A DNA stretch of 63,613 nt, the filler included, from Olpidium bornovanus S191 (Eukaryota > Fungi > Olpidiomycota): NCBI GenBank assembly GCA_017911155.1. It is 28 parts of 28 records of this genome, joined end to end, with 100 filler letters (N's around TTAATTAATTAA, not from the genome) between each part and the next. Parts side by side here need not be neighbours in the genome. Positions count along the whole stretch, not along the records: positions 37,026 to 38,245 come from JAEFCI010004315.1; positions 38,346 to 39,356 come from JAEFCI010010176.1; positions 39,457 to 41,076 come from JAEFCI010008915.1; positions 41,177 to 45,704 come from JAEFCI010006330.1; positions 45,805 to 46,884 come from JAEFCI010007659.1; positions 46,985 to 49,794 come from JAEFCI010007606.1; 22 more parts are not named here. The stretch is one strand, 5' to 3'. Within the stretch, counting starts at the first letter, position 1; each line of letters opens with the position of its first letter. The position numbers and the translations under genes were made by a program. The notes below the pieces were generated by a model. That model had not been told where the DNA came from, did no database searches, and worked only from the letters and a program-made list of their open reading frames with translations. Below are positions 37,453 to 49,667 of the stretch, piece after piece.

Positions 37453-37725
37453 ATGAAGTTCGCTCTTATTGCCGTCTTCGCCCTTCTTGCCCTCGCGCAG
37501 GTTGTGTCTGCGGAGCCCAGCCCAGATCCCGCCCCGGCTCCCGCCCCGGAACCCTGGAAGAAGGGCTACGGCGGTTACGGGATGAAGGGATACGGCGGCG
37601 GATACAGGAAGAAGGGATACGGCGGTTACGGGAAGAAGGGCTACGGCAAGGGCAAGGGCTACGGCAAAGGCTACGGAAAGGGCAAGGGCTACTACTGGAA
37701 GGGCAAGGGCAAAGGATACTACTGA
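37453..37725 (+). CDS. Secreted Gly/Lys/Tyr-rich precursor (90 aa): signal peptide, (X-Pro)7 pro-piece, 56-aa cationic mature peptide
   Basis: MKFALIAVFALLALAQVVSA-EPSPDPAPAPAPEP-WKKGYGGYG..KGKGYY*. AATAAA at 37746-37751. Confidence 0.9.
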   Translation: MKFALIAVFALLALAQVVSAEPSPDPAPAPAPEPWKKGYGGYGMKGYGGGYRKKGYGGYGKKGYGKGKGYGKGYGKGKGYYWKGKGKGYY

Positions 37726-38345
37726 GCTGCGCTTACGGACGAATGAATAAATTTTATCGAGAACATATGATAGTTTATCAAACCGAATAGCTCTGTTCGC
37801 CAGATTTCAAAATAAAATTGACCGACGCCGATAACCAGTTTTTTGCGCGACAACTCGGTCCGAGGCGGCGGGCGTGTGCCGGAGCGAGGCGCCCTACCCT
37901 CTCGTTTTTGCACGTGGCATGCGCCGCGCCTCCACCGCGCCTCCACCCCCGTCCGCGCCCAATCTTCCTTTTGGATTTGTTTGCGGTTTGTCCAAGCGGT
38001 GCGCGGCTACACACGGAGCCGGCGCCATCCGCCTTTCGGTGTTGCTTTGCGATCCAGCTGTACCAGCACGTTTGAAAACTTCTGTCAAGGGCCGTGGCGG
38101 TGGGGCCTTTAAGCTCCTCGGCGGCATGCAAAATATCGTTCACGTAGACAAAAGCAGCGGGACAGCTGCGGGATCTTCCGGCTCACGACCTAAGGGAGTG
38201 CATCCGGTGTTTATCTGGCAAAAAGAAAAGGCCGCGGCCGGCATCNNNNNNNNNNNNNNNNNNNNNNNNNNNNNNNNNNNNNNNNNNNNTTAATTAATTA
38301 ANNNNNNNNNNNNNNNNNNNNNNNNNNNNNNNNNNNNNNNNNNNN

Positions 38346-39215
38346 CATGATCGAGATCTCGTCCAGAGATATCTTGCCGTTCTGGTTGTTCAGCGCGAAC
38401 AGCGCCTTTATAAACCGGCGCGGCGGGCACGAGGGAGGGCGGGGGGAAGGAAATGGACGAGGAGGGAAATGGGTGCGAGCGGGAGCGTGTGTTCCCAGTC
38501 AGAACCGATCATTGGGGGGCAGGAGCGAGGCCATTTCTGCCGAAGACAAAAAAAAAAAAAAAAAAAAAAAGAAATTTATTTTTTCCCGGGGTGGAAAAAT
38601 ATCTTGGAGAATTCCGCGCCCGGAACACTTTGATGTTTGCACCTGGTTTACACGGGAAAAGGAGGGACGGCGGCGTAGGTAGGAACCTGCTGTCTGTCTT
38701 ACCTTGTAGTCCTTGATCTCCCTCGCGAGTTTCTGGAAATCCGTGTTGAAGAACGAGCCGCGGATGTGCGTACTTCACGGGTTTTTTTTTCCGGGAACGA
38801 ACATCGTTGAAGTCAGAGGAGGGCGTTCGCCGAATTCGATCTGCTGGGAAACGGAGGTGGGGAGGACCCACTCGATCATCGTCATTCTCTCCGCGAGCGA
38901 CGCGATGACGCAAAACTCCCGCTGGTCAACGCCACCCTTGTTGACGAGCTCGAACACCTCGATGATATAATTCACCTCGCTCTGGCTCAACTTCGCTTTG
39001 GGGTTCGTCGGGTCGCGGGAGATGCTGTGCAGCGAGTCCGCCAGCTCGTCGAGGCCGAGCCGCTCCTTGTTGGCGAACAGGTTATCCGTCAGCCGCTTGA
39101 GCCGCGACCGGTTCGACTCGTCGAGCAGCGTGTTGTCTTCCCAGATGTCCCTGAGCCCGATGTTTGCCGGCTTTTCCGCGGTAAACAATTTTTCTTTTGT
39201 CAGCGAGCCGCACAA
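38346..39215 (-). CDS. EF-hand-like protein, internal exons
   Basis: In-frame splicing gives LSQSEVNYIIEVFELVNKGGVDQREFCVIASLAERMTMI|DTHIRGSFFNTDFQKLAREIKDYK|ALFALNNQNGKISLDEISIM, with two EF-hand-like helix-loop-helix units. Confidence 0.65.
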
Positions 39216-39968
39216 ACGACACGGGCCTCCAAGGGGAATACGGAGTTCCGCCTCGTCACAACCGAGGTATGGCCGGATCGGCGATCGAAAGGACCCACCA
39301 ACACTTCGGGCACGGCTTCGCCGAAGTGTCGGTCGTCCATCAACGCCCGTACATGGNNNNNNNNNNNNNNNNNNNNNNNNNNNNNNNNNNNNNNNNNNNN
39401 TTAATTAATTAANNNNNNNNNNNNNNNNNNNNNNNNNNNNNNNNNNNNNNNNNNNNATGGAGTCGAAGTCGTATTTCAACAAGTTGCCGAGAGAGAGAAG
39501 GGAATCGAAACGGCGAATATCCTCCTCCCAAAACGCCGGGCGGATCCTGTTTTTGAAGCTGCACTGAGGTTCCATGGAGGTAAATGGAAGGATATTGAGG
39601 TCGTATACCTCGCCATTGAGGCAGAGCGTGCGGCAGCGACAGCCGCGCTTCAACCAAAGGGGACTAGAACTGCTGTTGGCAGTGTGCCAGCAGCATGGTA
39701 ACGCACTGCCGGAAGCAGCCTTCCTCCCCAGTGCCAGCCCTGTGCGTCCGGCGTGGTTTTCTTCCAGTGCACTCCTGGCTCGTGGCAGCCTACGTGCTGC
39801 CATACCAAGTTTTCGTGCTGGGGTAGCAGTGTGTCCACGTGGAAAATTTTCTGGGGTGTGATCATGCAGCGCGCGCAACTTACCCCGAGCCGGAACTTTC
39901 CCGGCCTCTTTAAAAAAATGGCTTTTCTTGGCCTCTTCATCCGAAGAGGAATAAAAAACAAAAGTATG

Positions 39969-40040
39969 CTCTCCGACCGGGAATCGAACCCGGGTCACCC
40001 GCGTGACAGGCGGGTATAATAACCACTATACGATCGAAGA
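39969..40040 (-). tRNA. tRNA-Asp(GTC)
   Basis: Reverse complement TCTTCGATCGTATAGTGGTTATTATACCCGCCTGTCACGCGGGTGACCCGGGTTCGATTCCCGGTCGGAGAG folds as a canonical cloverleaf. Confidence 0.96.
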
Positions 40041-41176
40041 TCGGACATATGTCACACAGGTGTTTCTAAACATTTCAGTGGAAAGGACCCACGGGCTGGC
40101 CGCTGCCCGTCTACCGACAACGCGGACGGCACCTGCTCCCGCTGAGGAGCTTCGCCCCGTACCCCGCCCGCGTTTCTCATACCACCCGATGCGGAATGCG
40201 GTGCCTTGAGCACCCGGGGCCTGAAAGAGCCCTTGCCAAGCGCTGTGCGCGCGTATCTTGAAGGGCATCTCTCGAGACGGCGTTCTCGGCCGCGGCGCGG
40301 CTCACGACTGCAGCGTCAGCGTGTAAGTGCTTCTGGCACCGAGCCGAGCAGACGTTGAACCTTTGGAGTCCTGATGACGCGTAAAGTTGCAATTCAAGCG
40401 CGCCCTCCCAGACGGCCGCCGCAGTAAGAAACCACGAGCCAAGGCCGAACCTCCCGGCGCGGCGGCGACAAGAATAAGAATAAGAGCGTGCGGAACACCG
40501 CCATCCTCAGCACTGCCCTCGTTTTCGACGGTAATGTCGCACTGGGTGATCTTGGGGGACTGGATCTCGAACATCGGTGACCAAGACCTGAAATTGAAAC
40601 GAGCCGGAAGGGAGCCAAACGTGCGTTGACAGCGTCCCACACGAGACTTCAGAGGTCGAGGAGAACCCGGCGAGGAATAGTGAAGCGCCGTTTCAAGATT
40701 TTGCCGAATCTATTGACCCGCGGGCGGCGGCGCTGACGGGAACTTGTCGGCAATCGTTTTGATCAACTACACTAAACCGAACCTCGCCTCCAGGGGTTTT
40801 CTTATCCCGGAAAAGGAGAAAGGAAGCTCGTGAAACACCTCCAAGCGGTGCTTCTTGGGCAACGGCCTCTGTCCCTGCGAAAGCCGGCTAAGTTCGTTAT
40901 TCCTGCCTTGAGCAGCGCAAGTTTGGACACATCAATGAATACATCAATGGTGTCTGAGGCGGAGCCGCCGACGTCCACAACTGCGAACGACGGAAGTGTC
41001 GGAACAAGCTTTTTTTTTTTCACGGACAACAATGATGCTTTTTTTGGAGAGTTCCTGTTGGCAGTAAGAAGGCATGNNNNNNNNNNNNNNNNNNNNNNNN
41101 NNNNNNNNNNNNNNNNNNNNTTAATTAATTAANNNNNNNNNNNNNNNNNNNNNNNNNNNNNNNNNNNNNNNNNNNN

Positions 41177-42787
41177 CATGCGAAACATTTAAGAAACAGC
41201 AGAAAAGCGCGTTCGAAAACTTTACAAAAACGGCGTCTCACCGCCGACCGCCGGTGCGGACTTTATTCTGCCGCGAAGATGCTGGCGAACTGGTGAACGA
41301 AACGCGCGCGAGGTCGCAGCAGTGCGCGTCGGCTTATTTTTGGTGCCTACCTGCGCCGTCGTGCTTCTCAGACTTTCAATCTGCCGCAGAAGCGCCTGCT
41401 CGTGTTTATTCCCGGCGAAGTCCTTTCCACTCACGGAATTTTTTCGCGCATATGACACGACAATTAGTCGGCCGTCTGCGCTGTGAAAGTACGCCAAATC
41501 GGGGGAAAAAGACGCAATGAAGTCCAACCTGCTCAGACGCGATCCTCATCTCTTCCAGCTGTTTAATCATTTCCATAACCTGCTGCTTTCCCTGGAGGAG
41601 CTGGGCGGTGTTCTGCTTGAGTTCCAACGACCGCTCCTCGGCAGCCAACGTCGGCGACACTCCGTAATGTTCACCTCTTGAGGTGTACGTTAATCAAAAC
41701 GCGCGCGAGCGTTACAGGCCGCGACAGGCTAATTCCGTCCCCTCTCAGAAAAATGTCCCCGCGTTGCAAACGCGCACCCTTCTTTGAGCTTGGCGGAAAG
41801 TAGGTTCAACTCGTCGTGCAGGTTTAGCTCCCAGGCTTTCAGTTTCTCGCGGTCCACCCTGACCGCTTCTAAAGCGTGCAAGAGCCCGTCTGCGCCGCCG
41901 ACATCGGGATCCGGCGAGCTCCGCGTCGCGCTGATTTCGGCGAGCAGCCTCGCTTCCTCCTCGGTCAGCTTTCGGATAGCCTTCATCGTTTGCAATAGAG
42001 CCCGTTCCTTCTGAGGGGGGGTTTTTTTTTGAAGATTGTCAATTCTGCCAAACGGCCAGGTCGAACCACCGCGGAGGAAAAAAGGCTTCCCGGAAGTGGT
42101 TGACGTACGCGGTACCGCGCGTGACGCGCCGACGCCTCCTCCTGGTTTCCGGCCGTCGTTTGCATATCAGCTATTTCCTGGAGGCGGCAAAAAAAAAAAT
42201 GTGGGACGCGCCCCAAGTCACAAAACGGGACTTGCTGCTCGCAAACCCGGGTGGAGAGGGGTGTGCGTGTGCGCGCGCATGTGTTCCCCGTCACGACTGG
42301 TCGCATTTTTGCGTTACCACCGCATCCGCGGGCTCGGGCTCGACGTCGACCTTCCGCCGTCTTTGGCGCAGACTTGCGTCGACCGAGAGCTGCCGAGTGG
42401 ACTTCCTAATCGCCGGACAAAACTGGGCGTGTTTTCGCGGCGGGAGAGGCCGGTGGAAGGAAATTTGCACGTCAGTTGACGATGTGGACAACGGCCCGCG
42501 AGTGCCCCGATTCGGACGCACGACTTCGAGCACGCACGACACCTTTTTCAAGTGGACGTCGCATTGCGCGGCAGTCGGGAATGACAAGCCGCACGGCCTT
42601 TTGTGTAGGAGGAACAATCGTCAGATCGACATTATGGGGTCCCTTTGAGTTTGCCACCCCCTCTTCCCTCTCCACGCCCAGAAGACGACGGTGGACGGCA
42701 AGTAGTTAACCGGCAACGGAACCCGCGCGCTGCGTACGCGCATTTGTTCCCCGACGAAGGGTTTTCCTGATTGCGGGCGTCTGCCGT
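41177..42787 (-). CDS. CCDC17-like protein: N-terminal C2HC finger plus coiled coil (3' truncated)
   Basis: Splicing gives MTADARNQENPSSGNKC(A)|PCGLSFPTAAQCDVHLKK|FCP, similar to the CCDC17 N-terminus [22 protein letters not shown]. Coiled-coil exons follow (AEERSLELKQNTAQLLQGKQQVMEMIKQLEE). Confidence 0.55.
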
Positions 42788-43136
42788 CATGTTTCGGGCC
42801 CGCGGTCGTCCGCGGCGCGTCGAACGCGAGGTTTCTGGAAAGGAGGGCGGAAGGAGTGAAAGGAAAAAACCAGGGGGGGAACAGCCTGAGGCGCCCCTGC
42901 CTCGAGGGGATTTTTTCCTTTGCGCGTTGCCACGGCGCCCCGCGAACGTCCTACGCAAATTCGGCACACTAACCGCGTCACCCTCCCCCAACGGAGCAGA
43001 CCCCCTCTGAGACGGGGCGGAGAGCGAGAGCGTGGAGCGGGGATGGCACGCGCAGGGGTTCGACGTGGGGAATAAGGAGTCTGGTCGGCCGAGCAGCGTT
43101 ATTCCGACAGCGGGCGTACCTGTTGCGCATCAAAAG

Positions 43137-43209
43137 TGGGCCGACCGAGGGTCCAACTCGGGACCGGGCCTTTCCAGGAGGGACGCTCTACCAACTGAGC
43201 TATCTGCCC
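43137..43209 (-). pseudogene. tRNA-like element (tRNA pseudogene or SINE head)
   Basis: Reverse complement GGGCAGATAGCTCAGTTGGTAGAGCG..CCGAGTTGGACCCTCGGTCGGCCCA followed by CTTTT. The D-arm/A-box is intact, the T-loop is TTGGACC and the anticodon stem is broken. Confidence 0.75.
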
Positions 43210-43596
43210 TATTCACCAGGTGTCTGGCTCGCCCTGCTAAGCATTCCAACAGTGCCCCCCCCCCCCCCCCCGCCCCGGAGTCGCGTCTCACTGTTGCTTT
43301 GCCCTCTGTCACCGCCTGCTCTCGCCCGCCTGTTGTTAGCGCCCCTCACTACTAAAGCGCTGCCGCGAACGCGGCTCTGCTATAACTCAGCTCAGACATT
43401 TTATCCGACGCCGCAGTCTTGAGACCCAGAACGGCGGTTCCCATTGCCCTCTGCACGTGAATGCAGGACTGGGGCCGCACGGCCCATGCGGGCCTCAGAC
43501 GCTGGTGGCGGACCGGCCTTCGGCGTCAACGCACCCGAATGAAAAGGCCAAGTGAAACGCGCAAGGGCAACGGAATGCACATGTTTTCATTTCTGT

Positions 43597-45139
43597 CTAC
43601 GTGCCGCATGGGGTCGTCGGTGCCCCGCATTGCGCCGCCACCGTCAATTCGAGAATCAAAACATCCGACGACTCCGTGTCGAAAAACCTGCACGCCGCCG
43701 GCCGTCGCGTTTCAACCTCCTTACACAGGACGCCTTTGGCATCCAGCGCCCGTAAAAACATCTCTTGGGTATCTCTATTGCGGACGGTGCTGGCCACCAG
43801 CGCCCTCCTCTCTTCCCATTGTTCTGATCTCCCCAGTCGCAGGGTGCGTGCGAGGACGTCTGCAAGCGCGCCGACGACGGTGGGGTCGTAGACCACGTCA
43901 GCGGCGATAACAACGTCAGCAGCCTCGGCGCTGCCACCCAGGTCGTCATCGGTGCAATCAAACCAGTCCAGCGCGGCGACGTCGACGGCCGGAAGATGAT
44001 CCGGCGGAGGAGCGGAGAGGAACCCGTTAATTTTGGCGTTTTCGCGAAGGCCGTGGATGACGGCCGGATGTACGTCCGTTAGCCGGACATTCTTGGCACC
44101 TGCGTACGAGCAAACGAACCCCGCAAGGCCCATTCCACTGCCAAGCTCCAGAACGCGCTTGCCCTTGACAACGAACGGGTTCAAGAGGATGTGTTCGGAC
44201 AAACGCAGGGCGGCTTTCCATCTGGAAAAAAAAGGTGCGGTCGTAACCAAAAGTTAGGATCCCCGCTCCCCGCCATTGTTGCAAACGGAGAGTGTGGATT
44301 CTGTTATCGACCGCTTCGTACGTAACGAGCCCGGTCGTTCCTCGTTCGACAGAAAGCTGGGATTCCTTCAAGACCATTGCGTCAACAGTTCGGGGTTTCC
44401 TTTCGGCCACGGGATAACCCCGGCCCGGGGCAGTCAGGCAATATGTCCGGTAGCACGGAGATAGCGGCGGTCCGCCTTCTTCTGGCCTACGCCGCCTTTG
44501 TTAGCGAATGAGAACACCCAGAAGGCACGGATGCTGCATCTGCAGAACCAAGCCCGTACATACCTCCTCGGAGTCTTGAGGAGCAGGTCAACGTACGTGG
44601 TCAGAAGCCGTTCGCTGACTTCCTTTCAAAGACAGACGGAGCAGAGAAGAGGCGGCCGGGTGGAAAAACGCAACTGCAATGAGCAGTCGGAACCGAAAAT
44701 AATTACGCCTGGGAAGGAAAGCGGACCTTCCTGGCAGTTGACGCGACTGCGAAAAACCGAAGCCAGTCAAATAAAAAAAGGAAATACCCACCACACCGGA
44801 CTCCTCAACCAGAGCGATGAACCGCTTGAGGAAGGCGAGCGTGTAATGCGGTGACAGCGGGAACATGACAGAAAGAGAGTGGAGCACGGTATGGTCCAAC
44901 AGGAGTTCCTGAAAGTTCAGAGCAGCGGTTTCCTCCGACACTTGGGCGCCCGTGTCGGTGGCGTCGCGTGCATTGTCCGGCGCACCTCGGCTCTCCAGCC
45001 CTCCGCCTCCACCCGCCGGCACGCCGACGCCTCCGGCGGACACCGGCAGCGCCGGCCAGTCGACCAGCCTGACCGGCCTCATCGCAACGTACTGCCGGAA
45101 CACATGCTCATACTCCGGCAGGACGTGACACGCCAGCAT
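43597..45139 (-). CDS. EFM3: eEF2 lysine methyltransferase (Efm3/EEF2KMT/FAM86)
   Basis: FAM86 N-domain (FRQYVAMRP..FQELLLDHTVLH..FPLSPHYTLAFLKRFI); RGTTGLVT|WKAALRL; VLELGSGMGLAG; LTDVHP; IAADVVYDP. Confidence 0.9.
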
Positions 45140-47900
45140 CGGGAGCGGCGCCTGGCGCAGCGTCCCGCGGAAGAGCGCCCCAACGGGAGGGGGGGGGGGG
45201 GGGGGGGGGGGGGCGGGGGGAGGCGGGGGGGGGGGGGGGGGGGGAAGAGCGCGGCGCGCCTTTCCTGTCCGGCGGAACATTTGGTGAAAAATTAGCGCCG
45301 ACGTGTCTGAAACACTGTCAAAAAATTTTTTCCAACAAACTTTAAATCTGTCAAAAAAAAAACCTGGTTGGGCTTCGTTCGACCCAGGCCACTTTTGGCC
45401 GCCACGGGAGTTTTTTTCTAGAGGAAAACGCCCCGCACGGTGCAAAAAGTGACTGGAGCGGATGTGAGGGGGAGGGCCACCCGCGTGAACGCGCGAAAAG
45501 GCGGACGCCGTTGGCGGGAGGGAGGGGACGCCGTGAGGGGCCGGCGTCGCGCGCGGCGCGTCCCGCGAAACACGCCTCCCTTGCCGACGCGGGGGGGGGG
45601 GGGGGGGGCCAAAGGGGGGGGGGGGGAGGGGGACGGAACCCGCGACCGCGCCTCCTTTTCTCCCTCTTCTCCCTCTTCCCCGCCAACCCGCCCGGGCGAG
45701 AGAGNNNNNNNNNNNNNNNNNNNNNNNNNNNNNNNNNNNNNNNNNNNNTTAATTAATTAANNNNNNNNNNNNNNNNNNNNNNNNNNNNNNNNNNNNNNNN
45801 NNNNCCGCACGTTTCAGCACAAACATATGTTCCACGACTACCATTTCTTTCGCGGCAAAAAGGGCCTGTTTCGCACGTTTCACCGTACAGGATAACGAGT
45901 TCAACTCGAATCGTGCAGAGCATGCGGAACGCGCCTGCCCGCTATGCTCCACTTTACACAGCGTCGCTGCGTGCGGTCTACCCGTGCCCCGCCCGCCCGT
46001 CCGCCCGCGCGCGTCGCGCCGTGCGACATAAAGCAAATTGTTAGTGGCTTCTCAAAGGTGGGAGGGGGAAGGGGGGGGGGTTGGCTTGTCCCCCGGAAGT
46101 CCAGGGGGAAACAGGTGAAAGAAGAAAAAAAATCGACCGCAACCAATGCCCACACCGTCCCCCGGAAAACGCGCGCCGGTGAGCACCACCGCGCGGGGTC
46201 ACCCAAGGACGCGCCGTTGGGTGCCGTTTGAACAGGGAGGTGAGCGACGATGATCTCGCGTAGCTCCGACTGTGGAGGCTGTCAACAGCTGGCGGTTGAC
46301 GGCGCGGCCCCTTTCTCAGCTTTGCTTCATAACAGCATTGACAAGTCCTTTTTCCGGTGTGCTAAGCTGCGGCCGACGAGAGTTTCCGCGGATCACCGTG
46401 GAGGGCCTAATTTTTCTTTTTTTTTCTTTTTTTCTTTTTTCACTGACGGGCTAGGTCTTTCGAGGTAACGCGGGCCAACCGCCGGCGGCATCGGGTACAC
46501 GGTTGAGAAAGAAAAGTGATGCTGAGAGGGGCAAGAGGCGGATTTTCTGACAGTATCGCGGCCATTCAATTTTTGCAACGCATCAGGGCGGCCTCGCCAC
46601 GCTTCTAGGACGACTTACCTAGAGGTGAATCTACCGTTGAGCATGACATGTACATCAGGCCAGATTGACGAATGGTGTGCGCCCCGAATGGCGCCCCGTG
46701 GCAAGTGGTTTCACACGGCGCGGCCAGATAAAAAAAAAATTGTTGGGTCGGTCTCTTTATCAGCATGCCCGAAATCGCTCCTATAACTTTAACTTGCGGG
46801 CACACGTGCAATCACAAACAGTGCATTATTGTTGAAGGTAAACTGTTTCACGGGACTGCTGCCTGCGCTCCAGAAACCGTCATCNNNNNNNNNNNNNNNN
46901 NNNNNNNNNNNNNNNNNNNNNNNNNNNNTTAATTAATTAANNNNNNNNNNNNNNNNNNNNNNNNNNNNNNNNNNNNNNNNNNNNAGGTCCATAAACTGCC
47001 TACGACTCCCTGACAGGGAGCCGTGACTGGCGACCTGAGCAGGTCGTGAAACTGCTTAAACCAGGACAACGGGACTCGCGGCGGCGGCGACACCAGGCCG
47101 TCGTCACAAGCACCGCCCAACGGCGGGCCCGGGCTGGACGGTCGAAGAGGACAAAATCTTCCGGCCCGGGCCGCCCCCCAACGAGACTGTGGAGGCCAGA
47201 GCCCAATGGCCCCTTTCCCCTGGGCTGCCTGGAGACATGAAGTACTTCAGGCATCAACCGCCCGGCGGCCCAGGGGGAGGAAGACAGCATGCCGCGCGAC
47301 AAGACTTTCCACGGACGGAAAGTACGGGGGGTATGCTGTGGCACGGCCCTCGTCCCGACCGAACCGTCGCCGTACGTCAAGGAGAACGCCACGGAAGGCG
47401 GCGGCGGGCGAAAGGGAGGAGGAGGCGGAGGCGGGACAAGGCGGCTCCTGAACCCGGGGCCCGACCAATAGAAGAGCCCCCCTCGAGGCCCGCCAATTGA
47501 AGGGCTTCCCCCTTGCCCCCCCTTCCCCCCAGCGCCACACGCGGGAACCTCCCGCCAACCATAACCCCCCCCCAACTGCCCCCGCACCCCACCGTACTTG
47601 AGAGCCCGGAACCCCGCGTGGTAACCGCGCGGGGAGAGACCAGACGCACCGCGTCGATAGACGCGACGTCGACGGACGGCTTCACCTTCCGCTCGACGTC
47701 GAAGGGCATAAATAGCGTCTTTTCCGCTCCAAAACTCGACGTACTCCCATAGAACTTTCTTGGCTTGCTCTTCGTTACTTTGAGTACTTTATCTTGAGAG
47801 TAATATCTCTCCGACCTGAATACCAACGCTTCTTTACCGCAACCTTCTTAACCAAGGACCTTACCGCGAGTCTTGAGCCTGACCCGATTCTCCACAGTAC

Positions 47901-48409
47901 ACCACGGCCCTGTTAATCGACAACGAGGGAGCGCGTGCACTCGTGCTGGACAACAGGAGCTCTGCCAGATCCAAGCACGTTGACATCAGGTACCACCACA
48001 TGAGGTACTGTGTGCAGGATGAGACCATCGACATCAGACGAGTCGATACGGGTGACAACGTTGCGGACACATTTACCAAACCGCTCCCACGACCAGCATT
48101 TGAGCATTTCCGTGAGCGCATGGGCATCATGCAGGTCAGCACAATGGGAGAGGACGGCAAGCGCTGAAAAGGTGCATTGAGGCAGAACGATGAGACGGGA
48201 TGGACTGTCTCCTATCTTTCCTATTATCCTCTCATACGATTACACGCACGGCAAGGGGGGGTGTTGAGATACGCCGACCTATGTAATACGTAGTTTCCGC
48301 CGCCGGTGTTCTCTCTCTCTTACGCAATACACGAGAACCCCTGAATGTTGCCCCCGCCCATATTACTAGCTTCCGCGTTTGTAAGGCTCCCTGCCTCCTA
48401 CCTCGAACA
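47901..48409 (+). mobile_element. 3' end of a Ty1/Copia element: RNase H end, PPT and a short putative 3' LTR
   Basis: LLIDNEGARALVLDNRSSARSKHVDIRYHHMR..DNVADTFTKPLPRPAFEHFRERMGI* (stop at 48167). PPT AAGGGGGGG at 48253-48261, then TGTTGAG..CTCGAACA (48262-48409). Confidence 0.85.
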
Positions 48410-48479
48410 CAAAACAAGGCGGTTTGGAGGGGGGCAGACCCAAAAGGGGCGGTCAACGGGACATAAAAATTTGAAATCG

Positions 48480-48775
48480 ATGAAGAACAGTGGCAAAGAA
48501 TGAGCAAGCTAATAACAAATTACCTGTGTAAACGTCCGTAGGTGGCTGCCAGCATTTTCAAACTTCCAAGGATGTTCACGAGGCTGCTCCACTTCCTCAA
48601 GCCACTGGTCGAGGACGTCTCGATCGGGCACCATCTCATCATCGTTGTTATCAATTTTAGTGTCAACGACTACCCCCAACTCTTCCTCTGGTTCCGGTTG
48701 ACGTTAATCACAAGGTTGGCACGCAATGGCTGCATTTTTTTGAAGTGCAGCTTTCTGCTTTTTGGGTCTTGGCAT
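48480..48775 (-). pseudogene. Possible decayed N-terminus of a fungal DNA-transposon ORF
   Basis: MPRPKKQKAALQKNAAIA..(TAA)..acidic tract..AGSHLRT-YTGN after a frameshift. A TATA-like ggtataaaaagg lies upstream. The resemblance is from memory only. Confidence 0.35.
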
Positions 48776-49550
48776 TTGAGTTTTGTTGGTGCTTGGTGCT
48801 GACTGAGTGAATTTTAGTTTTTTGTTATTTGTTTTGGGGTAAGGTGTGTGTGTTGATCGGTCAGTCCCGGCAATGTTTGGGGGTGAAAAAAAATTTCGTC
48901 TCGGGGGGACGGGGGGATGCCTTTTTATACCCATCGGGTCTGGGGGGGTGCCCCCCGCCCTCCCCCCCGTACCTCATATGTACCGGAAATTTTTTCGAAA
49001 CCAATTTGATACAATTTGTGAGTCTAGAGCAGCTGCACCCTATAGCCCGGTATCCCCCCTTAATGTGGTCCAAACCTACCTAAAAAAAAATACACTCCAG
49101 GTGTCAAAGGAGCTCATCGTGGTTATCACGCTGCGGCCGCCCCGTTTCTTCTCTACTGCTGTACGCTGCTTCCTGGTTACACCCCGTCCCCTTCGCCCGA
49201 GCTTCGCGAGCACGGAGAGAGAAAAGTCTGGGAAAACACCGCAGCTTGCAACTAAAAGATGCGCAAGGACACGGTCCAGAACCGCAACCGACCCAAGAGG
49301 CAAGGAAGAGATGCTCAAAGTATTGAAGTCGGCATGGGATGAGGTATTACGGGACGACCCCCCAAAGGCTGTCTTGTCGAGTCAAACGCCGGAGAGGACG
49401 CAGGCTGTGACGCGCCTAACGGTGGAAAACACCGGGCGGGAAATAATAACCTACGTCTTTCTACTCTGAACGCAACGTAGCAGGTAATAATTGTCCGGGA
49501 ACGGTGGTGTAGCTGTTGAGTTTTTTTTTTTTTTTTTTTTTTTAGCACTT

Positions 49551-49667
49551 TCAGCGTAAGTTTCGTGAACCGGCTTTGAGTCGGAACTGGTCGTAGAAAC
49601 TAATCATTTCCTGGGTTATCCGGCGGGGCAGGGCAGCAAGCGCGTTCTCGAAATGACGGCCAGAGAC
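49551..49667 (-). CDS. Last exon of a Cdc48-family AAA-ATPase (Afg2/SPATA5-like)
   Basis: cag|VSGRHFENALAALPRRITQEMISFYDQF..* is the typical C-terminal helix pattern of this family. Confidence 0.7.
   Translation of the reverse strand, partial: VSGRHFENALAALPRRITQEMISFYDQFRLKAGSRNLR

Noticed and set aside
39457-39900. ORF downstream of tRNA-Asp (FKNRIRPAFWEEDIRRF) as a tRNA-targeted retroelement
   Set aside because: No RT, integrase or gag motif is recognisable. It may be a host exon but is unassignable.
47377-47826. 149-aa minus-strand ORF next to the Copia fragment
   Set aside because: Three frames look equally plausible and none matches a known family; it cannot be supported.
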